Below are positions 40,903 to 55,947 of a stretch of DNA of 64,000 nt, piece by piece. How positions within the stretch are numbered: position 1 is the first letter of the stretch; every line of letters starts with the position of its first letter. The stretch lies in assembly GCA_951406725.2 (NCBI GenBank), contig OX597816.1, positions 164,176,001-164,240,000 on the forward strand. Direction: 5' to 3'. Made by a program: the position numbers and the translations under genes. The notes beneath the pieces were generated by a model. That model made no database searches, had not been told where the DNA came from, and was given only the letters and a program-made list of their open reading frames with translations. Source of the stretch: Octopus vulgaris (taxonomy: Eukaryota).

Positions 40903-41135
40903 AATATAATAAAAAAAATATGGACAAATACATAGACAAATATGCATAAATATATACATACACGCATATACATACATATATATACATATACTCATATAGA
41001 TATACATATACACATATATATACATATACACACATATATATACACACATATATATATACACACATACATATATATGCACACAAATATAAATATAAATGAT
41101 ATATAAATGTATGCATATATACATGTGTACATACC

Positions 41136-41190
<55 letters not shown>

Positions 41191-41446
41191 GCATATATGG
41201 GTACAGGACATCTAAATATCGTGGACAAATTGAGAAACGAGGACATAAAAAACAAAAACAGAAAACGAACTTTTTTTCGAATAACGAAAGAAACCAAATA
41301 TATAATATATACGAAATAGATATGCGTATATTATGTATTGATACATATATACGTATTTATCTTTGAATATGTCATACAGTCTTATACATACATATACATA
41401 TTCTCTCTCTCACACGCATACACACACACAGATTTACGCATCTATG

Positions 41447-41478
<32 letters not shown>

Positions 41479-41534
41479 AGTGTGTGTGCATGTTCGTGCG
41501 TATATAATTAAGAACGTGGAAATTTTAAAATATA

Positions 41535-41589
<55 letters not shown>

Positions 41590-41683
41590 TTTCGGTTCAC
41601 CACCAATTACAATTCTAGCCTGCGCTTAACTCCGTCTCTATTGTACACGGGCACACATACACACACACACACGCACACACACA

Positions 41684-41719
<36 letters not shown>

Positions 41720-42127
41720 CACGCGGGCAAACAGGCATACAAATCAAGAAAAAAATCAGGTCAAATATATTCGAATTGTCGCGCCTGCATGCGTGTATGT
41801 GTGTGTGTTATTCTTAAACAAGAAATATTATTGACAGTAGCTTGGAGTTTTCGGCCAGTCAATAAATCCATCGTCGAAACTTCGAAGTCACTATCAATAA
41901 TATTCCTGTTTAGGAATAGTAAATTTCTACTTTATACAAAAAGTATAAGGCAACCCATCAGATTAATGCAAAATTATTTTTATTTCTGAGGTACTAAAAC
42001 ACACACACACACACTCACACACACACATACACACATACTTACACACACATACACACACACACACACTCGTACATATTGCATTAGTGTAAATCGGAAATTG
42101 GCGTCCTCTCCGGACTTTTGCTTCCTA

Positions 42128-42520
42128 ATCTTTTACTTGTTTCAGTCATTTGACTGCGGCCATGCTGGAGCTCCGCCTTTAATCGAGCAACTCGACCCCG
42201 GGACTTATTCTTTTGTAAGCCCAGTACTTATTCTATCGGTATCTTTTTGCCGAACCGCTAAGTGACGGGGACATAAACACGCCAGTATCGGTTGTCAAGC
42301 AATGCTATGGGGACAAACACAAACATACACGCACGCACACATATACATATATACATACGACGGGCTTCTTTCAGTTTCCGTCTACCAAATCCACTCACAA
42401 GGCTTTGGTCGGCCCGAGGCTATAGTAGAAGACACTTGCCCAAGGTGCCACGCAGTGGGACTGAACCCGGTACCATGTGGTTGGTAAACAAGCTACTTAC
42501 CACACAGCCACTCCTGCGCC
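42128..42520 (-). mobile_element. SINE family A, full length
   Basis: Matches the family A sequence. Confidence 0.92.
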
Positions 42521-42577
42521 AATAACTTTTTCAAACTTTATGGAATTTGGTACTACATAAGAAGAGTAGTCCCAGTG

Positions 42578-42777
42578 CGCGCACTCGCGCATCCGCGCTA
42601 GCTATTCGTGACTAGTCGATCCTTCAAGGACTACCTACCAAAGTAAATAAAACACATAATAAATAATTTTTTTAAACAAAGTAAATAATTTTTTTAAAAA
42701 CAAAGTAAATAAAACACAAAAACACAAAGTAAGGATCGACTAGTCACGACTAGCTAGCGCGGATGCGCGAGTACGCG
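42578..42777. repeat. CpG-rich 47-bp inverted repeat (2 mismatches) with 106-bp AT-rich spacer; DNA-transposon-derived
   Basis: Arms 42578-42624 and 42731-42777 (CGCGCACTCGCGCATCCGCGCTAGCTATTCGTGACTAGTCGATCCTT). Confidence 0.85.
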
Positions 42778-43248
42778 ATGCTGGTGTGTTTACGTCCCCG
42801 TCACCTTGCGGTTCGGCAAAAGAGACCGATAGGATAAGTACTGGGCTTACAAAGAATAAGTCCCGGGTCGATTTGCTCGACTAAAGGCGGTGCTCCAGCA
42901 TGACCGCAGTCAAATGACTGAAACAAGTAAAAGAGTAAAGAGTATAACAATATATCCCAACCACATGGACCCAGGTTCAGTCCCACTGCGTGGCAGCATG
43001 GGCAAGAGTCTTCTACTATAGTCTCGGGCCGACCAAAGCCTTCTGAGTGGATTTGGTAGAAGGAAACTGGATGAAGTTGTGTGTGTGCATATATATATAG
43101 GCGCAGGCGTGGCTATGTGGTAAGTAGCTTGCTTCCCAACCACATGGTCCCGGGTTCAGTCCCACTGCAAGAGTCTTCTAATATAGCCTCGGGCTAGCAA
43201 AAGCTTTGTGAGTGGATATGGTAGACGGAAACTGAAAGAAGCTCGTCG

Positions 43249-43326
<78 letters not shown>

Positions 43327-43530
43327 TGTGTGTGTATATGTTTGTGCGTGTGTTTGTCACCCCAACATCGCATGACAACCGATACTGGTGTGTTTATGTC
43401 CCTGTAATCTAGCGGTTCGGCAAAAAGAGACCGATAGAGTAGGTACTTCGCTTACAAAAGAATAAGTCCTTGGGTCAATTAATTTGACTACAAGGGTGTC
43501 CTCCAGCATGGCCGCAGTCAAATGACTGTG
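42778..43530 (+). mobile_element. Cluster of partial or rearranged SINE family A copies
   Basis: 3' half at 42778-42945, partial head at 42955-43075, and a copy with an internal deletion at 43099-43530. Confidence 0.85.
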
Positions 43531-43787
43531 TGTGTGTTATATCTTGCTTGTTTCAGTCATTAGACTGCGGCCATGCTGGGCCACCGCCTTGTAGAATTTT
43601 TTGTCGAACGAATCGACTCCAACCGCTAAGTTACGGGGACATAAACACACTAACATCCGTTGTCAAGGCGTGATAGAGGTCAAACACACACACACACGAA
43701 GAGGAAGAGCGAGAAAGATTTAGAAAAATATGTAGATAGATTGATATATAGGTAGACAGATATATAGATAGATAGATGATAGATAGA

Positions 43788-43898
<111 letters not shown>

Positions 43899-43916
43899 AT
43901 AGGTAGGTAGGTAGAC

Positions 43917-43951
<35 letters not shown>

Positions 43952-44029
43952 CAGATAGATAGATAGATAGACAGGTAGATAGACAGATAGATGGACAGGT
44001 AGATAGACAGACAGACAGACAGATAGACT

Positions 44030-44083
<54 letters not shown>

Positions 44084-44663
44084 CAGACACACCCACTTTC
44101 AAGTATATTAGACACTGTTATGTACTCCGAACATAAGCGAAGCTCAGCAGGACACACACACACACACACACACACGGATATACAGAGAGAGAGAGTGGGG
44201 TGGGGAGAGAAAATTAATAAAAAAAAAAAAGAAAGTAAAAGTAACCCACAAACACGTAAACAAACAAACAAACGAAAGCCAGTCTTTGTAGAGCCGACCA
44301 AAATCTAAAGTCGTCCGACGCCACCGCCGGCCTTAAGCCCGTTTCGTCCGTCTTGTGAAAGAAATCGGTTAATAGAACGGTAAAATGTACTACAATCCGA
44401 AGTCGTACAGCAGCACTACACCGCCACAATCACCACCACCACCACCACCACCACCACCACCACCACCACTACATCAACGTTAACTACTACGGCTACTTGT
44501 AATAGTAGTTAACGCTAGCTACACTAGTAGTGGAACTAGTAGTTCGTATTACTGTTTTTGTTCCAATGCTATCTGCTTCGGTTGTTGCTCGTGGTTTAGA
44601 AGCTGTTATATATATTATTCCTACTGGAAGTAGAATTTGGCTCTAGTCAGGCATATGTTGTAT

Positions 44664-44697
<34 letters not shown>

Positions 44698-44752
44698 TAT
44701 AATATATACAGTAGAAATGTTACTATATATATATAGCCTAAACAGTATGTGT

Positions 44753-44804
<52 letters not shown>

Positions 44805-44870
44805 AACTATAACTGTTACTACAAACACTATATATATATATGTGTGTATATATATCTGTATATAAATATA

Positions 44871-44913
<43 letters not shown>

Positions 44914-44951
44914 ATATATGTGTATATGTATGTATATATATATATGTATAG

Positions 44952-44989
<38 letters not shown>

Positions 44990-45076
44990 GTGTGCGTGTG
45001 TATATATGTATATATATATATGTATGTATATGTATATATATATATATATATGTATATATATGTATAGATATATATA

Positions 45077-45116
<40 letters not shown>

Positions 45117-45211
45117 ATATATATATATATATGTATATATTTATATATGTATGCATATATATATATATATATATAGCCTATACATTATAAACATGTTAGT
45201 ATATCTATCTA

Positions 45212-45253
<42 letters not shown>

Positions 45254-45678
45254 CATATATATAATGTGTAGGTTTTTTTCTTTTCAATCCCTCTCCTCTC
45301 CACCCCTCTCTCTCTCTCTCTCTCTCTCTCTGTTGAATCTATTTCGATTTTTGTTTGTTTCCCCTCTTTGTATTGTTTTATTTGCTCTTTTCTATTGCAT
45401 GTAGAATGTAAACAAAAGACAAAGCTGTCGCTTCGCATAGTTACCGCGATGTACATACAGCCTTATGTACGTCTGTGTATGTCTACATGTATACACAGGC
45501 ATAAAAGCGAACGCGTGTGCATCATGCCTGCTGTATACACACACACACACACACACAATATATATATATATATTTACTATATATAGTTACGGTTAATGAA
45601 ACACGTACAATTATGATTTATACATAAACAATATACTTTATAAATATTGTATACATGTGTGTGTGAGTATCTTATATT

Positions 45679-45716
<38 letters not shown>

Positions 45717-46074
45717 TATTCATACACACACACACACACACACACAAATATATACATATATGCACATATATACATATACAAATATATAGATACAAACATA
45801 TAGATATATAGGATCTTTATTTTTTGAGTTACAAAAAATTATTTTTTAAATCTGTCGGTCAAAAGGTAAAGATCTGATATATATATATATATATATATAC
45901 AAACATATAAATATATACATATATATACAATTATATGTGCAAATATATATATATACGCACAATTATATATAAAAATAAAGAAATATATAATCAAAATAAG
46001 GTGCCCTTAACTTAAGTACTATATCAATCTGAATCTAAATTTTTGCTGGACAAATAATAAATATATATATATAT

Positions 46075-46140
<66 letters not shown>

Positions 46141-46828
46141 GGATATAGATATAGATATATGCAAATATACACACATACACACACACGAATGTATATGCAT
46201 AGAGAGAGAGAGAGAGAGACGTCTATATATAATATATATATATTTATACATATGTATGCACGTGTATTCATTGATACACATACACACACGCACACATATA
46301 TATACCTACATACATACACATTTTTGTATGCACAGAGCCCCACTGAGCGACACCCTGGTAAAGTGTCTTACACCATAGCCTCGGTCCGACCTAAGAGTTG
46401 AGTTGATTTGATGGACAGAAACCGAAATTAGCCCGTCGAGTATATATATGTGTGTGTGTGTGATTAAAGATAAAATGTACTACACACACAGTATACTCAT
46501 AGAGCGAGTTGTATTAATGTCTAGATTTATTGCATTTTTTTCTTTTGCTGAATACTTGTCCATAGAGTAGAAATAATGAGAGAAGCTAGACGCTCAAGAA
46601 AGCTAAAATCATTCGTGGCTAAATTATTCCATCTTAGATCGACCTAAAAATATTCAATGAGCAGAATTGTTTACAATTTACCCCACAGCCAAACATCAAA
46701 AGAAATCTCCCATGTGTTAATCGTATAAAGTCGTGACGAAACGAGTTCTTATCGAGACACGTTGAAGCCGTGTACCCCATTCGAAGTTAGATTTGTGGAT
46801 AGAAATAGGGGACACGTGCTTCTTGGTA

Positions 46829-47178
46829 TTTTAATGATGTTGATCATTAAGAACTACCAGCCGTTCCAAAGTTGACCACCACAAAGATGACGTGAAATCA
46901 TCTATTGAATATCATTTTATGCTTCTCATTAAACAAGTGTTTGATTTGGGACAGATTTTGCTCTTATTTCTAGCATATTGTCTGACCACGAAAAGGCGTT
47001 GGACGATAATTTGGATAGTTTAGTGATGTTAATCACTGAAGAGACTACCAGCCGTTCCAAAATTGACCAACACAAAGACCAGTTAAAAATCACCACTCAG
47101 ATATCACCTTAAACTTCATATTGTGATTTGGGCCAGATTTCGCTGTTATTTCTAGCATATGACCTGATTAGGGAAAGG
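46829..47178 (+). repeat. Diverged tandem duplication, about 190-bp period
   Basis: ACTACCAGCCGTTCCAAA.TTGACCA.CACAAAGA and TGATTTGGG.CAGATTT.GCT.TTATTTCTAGCATAT each occur twice. Confidence 0.85.
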
Positions 47179-48575
47179 TCTTCTCACTGATACACTATTA
47201 GCTGTTAATTCGAAAGACGTTCTAACCGTGGCCACCCCATATTTTTACCCCCGATTTAGCATTTATTTAATATTGTACCTTACATTTTTTCTAGACGGTA
47301 CGCAGATTGTTTTTGTTTTTTTTTTGTGTATTAATATGAGGGAGTTTTGGCATATTTTTGGGGCCTTTCTCCTTACCCTTTCAACAGGTCGATCTCCCAC
47401 GTTGGCAGGTCGGTAAATATGCTACTGATGGGAAAGAAAGTAAAAAACCAGGGTGTTTGCCCAGTCGGGTGTGTTGAAGGTCACATCTGACCTGAACCTC
47501 TTCAGCACCACTGTAAACAACCAAATTTGACCTTTGTCTTTTAATAAGCTCCACCCACTGCTGGACTGCGGCCATGGGTGGGACACTGACCTGAAAGGTT
47601 TTAGTCAAACAGGTCGACACAGTCCCCCTTTTTTTTTTTCAAGCAATCATTTGGTATTGGTACACTTCATTCACCCACATAACATAAAGAGACTAGGTTG
47701 AAAAAAAGAATGGGTGAATTACATCGTCTCCTCATACTGAAGCTCTGGAGACCAATACCGAAGGATCACCTCTTTTTCTTTGAAGCCCGTTTCTTTATCA
47801 ATAAAGCTCTCTTTTACCGAATCGGGTTACGAGGTTACACATATATCAACACTGCCGTTATGTGTGTGTCGGGCGGGGAACGAACCCAGACACACTCACT
47901 CAGATTCACAAGACACGTTTGTGTTACTTCTACATAATAATAGAAAGTGTGACTCCAATCCATGGCCATAAGTGTAACACTGTGTGTGTGTGTGTGTGAC
48001 TATGTGACTGTGACTGTGACTGACAGCGTGTGTGCGTGACACAGCGTTACAGTCTGTGTTTACAGAACAAAACCAGAGACTAACATGGACGGCTTTCTCA
48101 CGGCGTAGTGATATCCTTATAACGACTGCAGTACACCACTTCGTTATATTTTGGGGTAGCTACATACGCCTGTTACCATGTGGGTCTATTACAGATACAC
48201 TAAACTCTGTGTGTGTGTGTGTGTGTGTGTGGTTTCTTTTCTCTTTCACTTCTTTCAATATAGACAGACAGTGGCTATGATAGTAGCCAGTACTTGTTTT
48301 GTTATAAGCTTCATATTTTCGACTGTACCAAAACCGCTAGATTACCGGGACATAAATACACCAACATCGGTTGTGAAGCGGTCGTGTGGGAAAATCCACG
48401 CATACACATGCACACATATATACACCACGATATATATTATATATTATATATATATATATATATGCATAGATATATATATATATATATGTATATGTATATA
48501 TGTATAGATATATATATATATGTATATGTATATATGTATAGATATATATATATATGTATATATATTCATGTATGC

Positions 48576-48608
<33 letters not shown>

Positions 48609-49148
48609 CATGTATATATATGTATATGCATGCATATTTATATATATATGTATGTATATTTATATATATATATGTATGTATATTTATATGTATGTATGTA
48701 TATTTATATATATGTATGTATGTATATTTATATATATGTGTGTGTGTGTGTATATGTATGTATATAAATATAAATATATATATTTATATATATATATATA
48801 TAAATGCATGTGTACATTCGTACGTACATGGTTGTGCGAGCAAAGAGAATTAAAAAAAAGCGTTTACGACATAATGCCATTGAGGACAAGGAGGAGGAGG
48901 AGGAGTGAGAAGGGGAGGAATGGAGAGAGTGAGAGAGCAATTAAGGGAGACCACGAGAGGGGGGGAAAGACGTAGAAAAATAAGATAGATATAAAGTAAC
49001 AGTGAGAGTAAGGGGGACGGAGAAAGTAGTCCCCTTTATTCAGTTTCTTTCTCCATTGAAAGAGAGAAAGAGAGAGAGATGAAAGAAATATTAAAGCGAA
49101 AAGAAATAGTCAAACACACACTTAAACATACACACACACACACACACA

Positions 49149-49177
<29 letters not shown>

Positions 49178-49183
<6 letters not shown>

Positions 49184-49395
49184 CAATATAAGGAATGGCC
49201 ATATAGGACATTCGACTCACTAGAAAGAGCAGCCAAACTCAAACCGCTAAATAGTTGTAATTCTGAAATAGAAGGAGAAATGAAAACGTTTACCCCTTTC
49301 ATCTCAGAATTACAACTATTTAGCGGTTTGAGTTTGGCTGCTCTTTCTAGTGAGTCGAATGTCCCTATATATGGCCATTCCTTATATTGTTGAAT
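49178..49395. mobile_element. Fold-back element with about 90-bp near-perfect inverted arms, inside (TA)n
   Basis: Arms 49178-49266 and 49304-49395; short spacer with partial extra pairing. Confidence 0.85.
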
Positions 49396-49504
49396 GTATA
49401 TATATATATATAGTCTTTGACAATCTTTTCTTTCTCACTGGACCGCTGGTAGCGGAGAATTTTTTCTAGAATTTTTTGCTACCCTCATATTTATTAAATA
49501 TATA

Positions 49505-49669
49505 CAGGGTGTCCAAAAAAAATTTATACACACCTTAAATAATTGTAAATTTGTTATTCCTTTGTAAGCCTAGTACTTATTCTATCGTTCTCTTTTGCCG
49601 AACCACTATGTGTATACAGGTAAACAGTAAAAATAATTACAGACATGGACAGAACATTTTGGGGACACC

Positions 49670-49672
<3 letters not shown>
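49505..49672. mobile_element. Tc1/mariner-type MITE (168 bp) with internal SINE A-derived fragment
   Basis: TA|CAGGGTGTCC...GGACACCCTG|TA; internal TTTGTAAGCCTAGTACTTATTCTATCGTTCTCTTTTGCCGAACCACTA. Confidence 0.85.
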
Positions 49673-49721
<49 letters not shown>

Positions 49722-50142
49722 AACAAACAAAACCAGGACGTAGGACATATCGACAGGACGGATAGGCAAACACTATAACGCAACACACATATATACTGAC
49801 AGAGACACAAACCAAAAAGGCAAACATATACACATACACACGAGCGTACGCTTACATCCCAAAAATAACCACACACACCTTGATATAGAAACACCCACTC
49901 ATTCACATAGAAACCGATTTGTAGACGAGACCTTATATATATATACACAGACACACACATAAACACACACACACACACACACACGCACACATATACACAC
50001 ACATGCACGCACACATATATACACACACACACACAAAGCGAAGCTACTAGGAAGGTCGAGAATTGTTCTAATGTTTGTATAAAGCTTTTGAGAGATTGAT
50101 TTTCAGTATAATACAAGTGTAGATATATATAATTATGTATGC

Positions 50143-50199
<57 letters not shown>

Positions 50200-50364
50200 G
50201 GTGTGCGTGTTCTATTTTTATCTTTCTCGTTGAGTCCAATCATTCAATGGCTCAATGTGTGTATGTGCATATATATATATATTTACATTAATGTTAACAA
50301 GCATGTATATATAAATATTGAAAATATATAAGTATACACACCTTTTTGTGTGTACATATACATG

Positions 50365-50396
<32 letters not shown>

Positions 50397-50587
50397 ACGG
50401 GAAGCTTTATGAAAATAAACAAAAGACGAAGGCAGGTGGAAAACAAACGAACAATTGTATTAGTATGGCGCTCAGGAAATATAAATAAAACAAGTCTTTA
50501 ACGTTTCGAGCCTACGCTCTTCAACAGAAAGATACACAGAGAGAGAAAAACACAGAAAGAAGGAGAGAAAAAAATGCGTGCAGTAGC
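50397..50587 (-). mobile_element. Family H1 short element with hammerhead-like motif
   Basis: Minus strand TCTTT-CTGTTGA-A-GAGC GTAG GCTC-GAA-ACGT-T-AAAGA at 50495-50532; (TA)n on both sides. Confidence 0.75.
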
Positions 50588-50618
50588 TATATATATATAT
50601 TAATAAATAAAATAAAAC

Positions 50619-50651
<33 letters not shown>

Positions 50652-50726
50652 CTGCTTTTATAGAATTTAAGTATATGCACATACATGTAGAATAAAGTAA
50701 ATATCTCTAATTATATATGAATATAA

Positions 50727-50775
<49 letters not shown>

Positions 50776-51252
50776 ATCATACATATATTTGTATAAAAAA
50801 TTATAGGTGTGTGTGTGTGTGTGTGTGTGAAAGAGATAGATAGAGAGAGAGAGAGAGTACATGTATCTGTATCTGTGTGCGTGTACATTACACACAATTC
50901 GTAGATTCCAAACGTAGTCCGCATTTCCAATCATTGCCAAGTGTAAAAATCTACACACTTTTAGTCTAAATCTAATGCCTTTTTTTTTTTGTTTTTTTAT
51001 GGAAACAGAAACGTATGTCTTATACTCGTTGTTGTGGGTAAATAGTTAACGAAGGAAAGAACGCGCCAATATGTTGTATATGCTTTAATTTTTGTAAATA
51101 GTTGTTGGAACCTTTTGTCCAGTATTTACTTTTAGATTATTGAACGATCGCACACTGGAATTGCCGGCTCTTGATCATATATATACTTGATTATATATAT
51201 GTTGCATATGTATATATATACTTGATTATATATATGTTGCATATGTATATAT

Positions 51253-51283
<31 letters not shown>

Positions 51284-51336
51284 CATATATATATACATAT
51301 ATATACATATACATATATATACACACATATATATAT

Positions 51337-51420
<84 letters not shown>

Positions 51421-51685
51421 GTACATTCATACATAGATACACACAAACACACACACACACATATATATATATACATCATACATATGCACATTCATACACA
51501 TTTATATATATATATATATGTATTCATACTTACATATACATACATATATATATATATATATTTATTACACACTCAGACACATACACACACACAGTTATCT
51601 TGTACTCTTGTTTCAGTTATCGGACTGCGGCCATGCTGGAGCACCGTGTTGAAGAATTGTTGTCCAATGAATCGGACCCAGTGCC

Positions 51686-51745
<60 letters not shown>

Positions 51746-52211
51746 GGTAAGCCTGGTACTTATTCCATCCCTTTCTTCAGCCGAACCGCCAGGTGACGGG
51801 TGTGTAGGCACACGAGGACAAACACACACACACATTTTGCACATGGATCTTGTTAAATTTCTTCCAAACACGTTAAGTAATTTCAAATTTTCTCCATAGT
51901 ATTTTCAAAAACATAGACCTGATGTAGTTTTGCATACTGCTGACTAAAAAATAAATCACGTTAATTTCTTATCGAAATTAATAATAAAAGAGGTACAATC
52001 CATTTAAAGTTGTATAATTTTTGCTAATCGAAAACCACCATGACCGACATATCAACAGTTGTAACAGTTATTTTGAAATGCGGGTCAGCGAAGTCAAAGA
52101 TAAGACCGCTGGAAATAGTTGTCAAATATTCCTTAAACTACACAAGAACATCTAAAAAGACGAAAAAGGACGATACATCATATCACATATTTGGGGGATA
52201 TCATTTTAATT

Positions 52212-52389
52212 TTCTGTTGTGTCTGGAGAGAGTCATTTCCTTTTTGTGCCTTATAATGTAACAAACACACTCACCGTCGCAACGAAAATTTAAGGAAAAT
52301 AAAAATAAGAAATAAGTGGAAATTTTACCGGTGAGTGTGTTACATTATAAGGCACAAAAAGAAAATGACTCTCCCCAGACACAACAGAA
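52212..52389. mobile_element. Fold-back / MITE with about 62-bp inverted arms
   Basis: TTCTGTTGTGTCTGGAGAGAGTCATTT..GTGCCTTATAATGTAAC..CTCACCG (52212-52276) pairs with 52329-52389. Confidence 0.8.
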
Positions 52390-52559
52390 TATGCTTCAAC
52401 ACACGAACACACATAAAGAATCTTGCAAACCAAATCCAAAAACGAAATACGTTTTAATTTTCTTTCGCAATTAAAGCACCAATGCATTGTAATATGGCCG
52501 TTCATTCCCGGTGACAATAAATATACGCTCTCTTCTGAGCAAACGTGTTTTTTTTTAGG

Positions 52560-53110
52560 ACAAAGCTACTATAGACACCACGAAAACTATGTAGACAGAA
52601 GTCATTTTCATCGACCTTTCAAGAACAGCTTCACTGCAACCGACTTCTGATTAAGACTAATCATTCCACATGTGACTTCTCCCCATTTTTTAATCCACAC
52701 ATTTGGTCCGTTGACAGAAACCCGCTATATCGCACAAACCTGCTTCTCCAAAGACCAAGTCGCCAAAGCATACATTTAATATGTGCTTCAATTTCCGATG
52801 TGTCCGAAGCCACCAAGCTGGGGACTTCGTCTGCAAATGCAATCTCGGTTCTCCTTTATCGCTCTTCAAACGGGATCTGCCTTACCGTTTTTTAACCTTC
52901 GCAGCAAAACCATGTAGAACAGACGAGAGGTAAAACATCTTCGACAGAGCGAAACAATATCAAAAGTGGCTGTTTAGTTTGACAATAGAGTAAGTGCCGA
53001 GGTACATTTGTAACGATTTCAAAATGGGAACGAAATCTTTTATACTTAAGACATTCTCTAATTGGCTATGCTCGAATAAGTCAGACGTGTTTGGTATGTC
53101 TAAACTGATC
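52560..53110 (+). mobile_element. Very decayed CR1/L2-like LINE reverse-transcriptase remnant
   Basis: Frame-broken motifs in RT order: EVIFIDLSR (DvifiDlsKAF), NRLLIK, LGSPLSLFKRDL (LGPlLF..yinDL), FSNWLCSNK (W...N.L.lN). Confidence 0.4.
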
Positions 53111-53263
53111 AGAGCTGAACCAGAACTAGAACCAGATCCAACAGATCTCTTGCCAAATCGTTCAGATGTAAGCCAAATATACACAGAAATGAGGCTGACC
53201 TGCAGTAGAGAGGACGGCATTAAAACGGTCGCGAATGGTGACGGACAAACACAATTGATTCAC

Positions 53264-53490
53264 CTATTTCTTTACTACCCTCAAGGGGCTAAACATAGAG
53301 GGGACAAACAAGGACAGACAAACGGATCAAGTCGATTATATCGACCCCAGTGCGTAACTGGTACTTATTTAATCGACCCCGAAAGGATGAAAGGCAAAGT
53401 CGACCTCGAAGGAATTTGAACTCAGAATGTAGCGGCAGACGAAATACGGATAAGCATTTCGCCCGGTGTGCTAACGTTTCTGCCAGCTCA
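53264..53490 (-). mobile_element. SINE family B (B1 tail)
   Basis: Reverse complement of the family B sequence. Confidence 0.9.
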
Positions 53491-53962
53491 ACCGAAAGAT
53501 TAATGAAACTACCGATTAAATGATTGGTTCAATACTTGAACCGATTGACTTATAAAAACAATGAAGTGAAATAAAATCTGCGCGTGTGTTTATCATTGGC
53601 GTAATGACCGCCCCTACCGCACGAGACAAACAAAATAGAGAAAAACAAACTATAGATACATCCAATAAATGTTGTAAGGCAAAAGAAAATTTGTTTTTGC
53701 GAGAGGCCAATGGTAACTGATTGCAAATATACAAACAACAGAATAGATTAGAAGTGGTGAGTTAATCGATATATATTGGAGACTGTCTTAGAGATGCTGT
53801 GTATCAAGGTATAGACTTACCTTGGTCTTATATTATGTGAGGTTTCTTTCTTAAGACTTCAGATTCTGCAACTATTCAACATTAATTCTTTAGATTCGTT
53901 CGGCTCAGCAGAACAAACAATACGCCAGAGTTCTGTAAACATGGAGGTTGTCGTCTGGCGTT

Positions 53963-54026
<64 letters not shown>

Positions 54027-54375
54027 GGCGTTATGTGTTTACGCGTGTTCATTTACCCGTTTGGTCATGCGGCTCCGGTCATGCTGTAGCACCACACATA
54101 TGATATATATATATCTATTACCTTTTACCTGCTTCAGACATTAGACTGTGGCCATTCTGAGGCAGTGCCTCAAATTATTTGACTCGAATGACCGAGATAA
54201 ATAATATATACATACAAACACGCACACACACACACATGCACACACATATATATATTTATGTGTATGTGTATAAATATACGTGTATATAATATGTATATAT
54301 ATATATATACATACATACTCAAATGAACATATACATGCAAATATATAAGTGTATATATATTTATATTATATATAT

Positions 54376-54406
<31 letters not shown>

Positions 54407-54588
54407 ATATATATTTTTTTATATATATATACTATATATATATTATATATATTTTTATTATATATATAATATATATATTATATATATATATATTATTTTG
54501 ACATCTATTTTTTAGCGATATTGTTACTCTCTTGTGTATATATGTACATATCTAATATTGTATGTATATATATATATATATATATACT

Positions 54589-54650
<62 letters not shown>

Positions 54651-55094
54651 CATAGACATATTCTTGTATGTGTATATACTATAGATATATTTATATAAAC
54701 GTAAAAATGAATGTGTCCGTAACACAAATGGGTTCATTGTGTATGTATTTACATGTTATATGTATGTATAAATGTGTGTATATATAAATGACCATATGTA
54801 TGCATGTATGTATATATTGTCAAAATTTGATTATAAGCAGATTAATGTACTTTGAACGAATATATTGAATGAATTGTGTAGAAATACAAACAGTAATTTA
54901 AGCACACACTCACACGCACCTGCATATGTATACATATGTATACACATACATATCTAAACACATTATTTACTCGAGTACGTTTAAAATACATGTACACGTA
55001 TGTATATTTACTTACTGTTCAAAGACATATGTACATATAGGCGAGCCTGCTTTAAATTTCGAATGCATATACATTTAAATGTATTTGTGATTGT

Positions 55095-55155
<61 letters not shown>

Positions 55156-55304
55156 CATACATGTATTGTATGTACATGGTATGTGTATGTATCTGAGTAT
55201 GCTTGTATACATACTGTGTGTATATCTATATACACATATATATATGAGCATGCAAACGCACCCATATCATATATATATGTATATATATATATATATATGT
55301 GATA

Positions 55305-55585
55305 TGGGTAAGCGTAGTACTTATTCTATCGGTTGTTTTTTTTTTAACCGAACCGCTAAGTTACGGGGACATAAACACACCAGCATCGTTTGTCAAGCGA
55401 TGGGGCAAACACAGACGCACAAATATGTGTGTGTGTATGTGTATGTATAAAACGAGTTTCTTTCAGTTTCCGCCTACCAAATCCACTCACAATGCTCTGG
55501 TTACTCGGGGCTATAATATAGAAGACTCCTGGCCAAGGTGCCACGCAGTGGGAATGAACCCGGAACCATGTGGTTGGGAAGGAAG
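55305..55585 (-). mobile_element. SINE family A, partial and diverged
   Basis: AGTACTTATTCTATCGG..GAACCGCTAAGTTACGGGGAC..CCAAGGTGCCACGCAGTGGG. Confidence 0.85.
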
Positions 55586-55592
55586 CTTCTTA

Positions 55593-55640
<48 letters not shown>

Positions 55641-55947
55641 TCATACTTCTACCCACTAGTCGAGCGTAATAGACAGAAAAGTATACTGTTTAAAAAGAAA
55701 TAGATACATTTTTATACTTAGGTGTGCGTGCATGTGTACACGTGTGGACATATGTCTATATAATGCATATGAGCAATGTATACAACAATTTCTTTCGTAA
55801 TCTAATATATATACATATATATATATACACACATAGACATAAATATACGTAGATAAACATTGAGATACACGCTCATGCAAGGTGATATACGTGTGTGTGT
55901 TATATTTATATCTCACACGCGCATCCATGTATATTTATATATATATA

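Noticed and set aside
44385-44483. Short ORF MYYNPKSYSSTTPPQS-polyP in a CpG-rich island
   Set aside because: Only about 32 codons, mostly a (CCA)n repeat, with no splice or homology support.
52960-53220. Minus-strand ORF containing RFGKR after an acceptor-like CTCTCTACTGCAG (possible RFamide precursor exon)
   Set aside because: Single motif with no signal peptide or repeated peptides, and the opposite strand shows decayed LINE RT-like motifs. RNA-seq could revive it.
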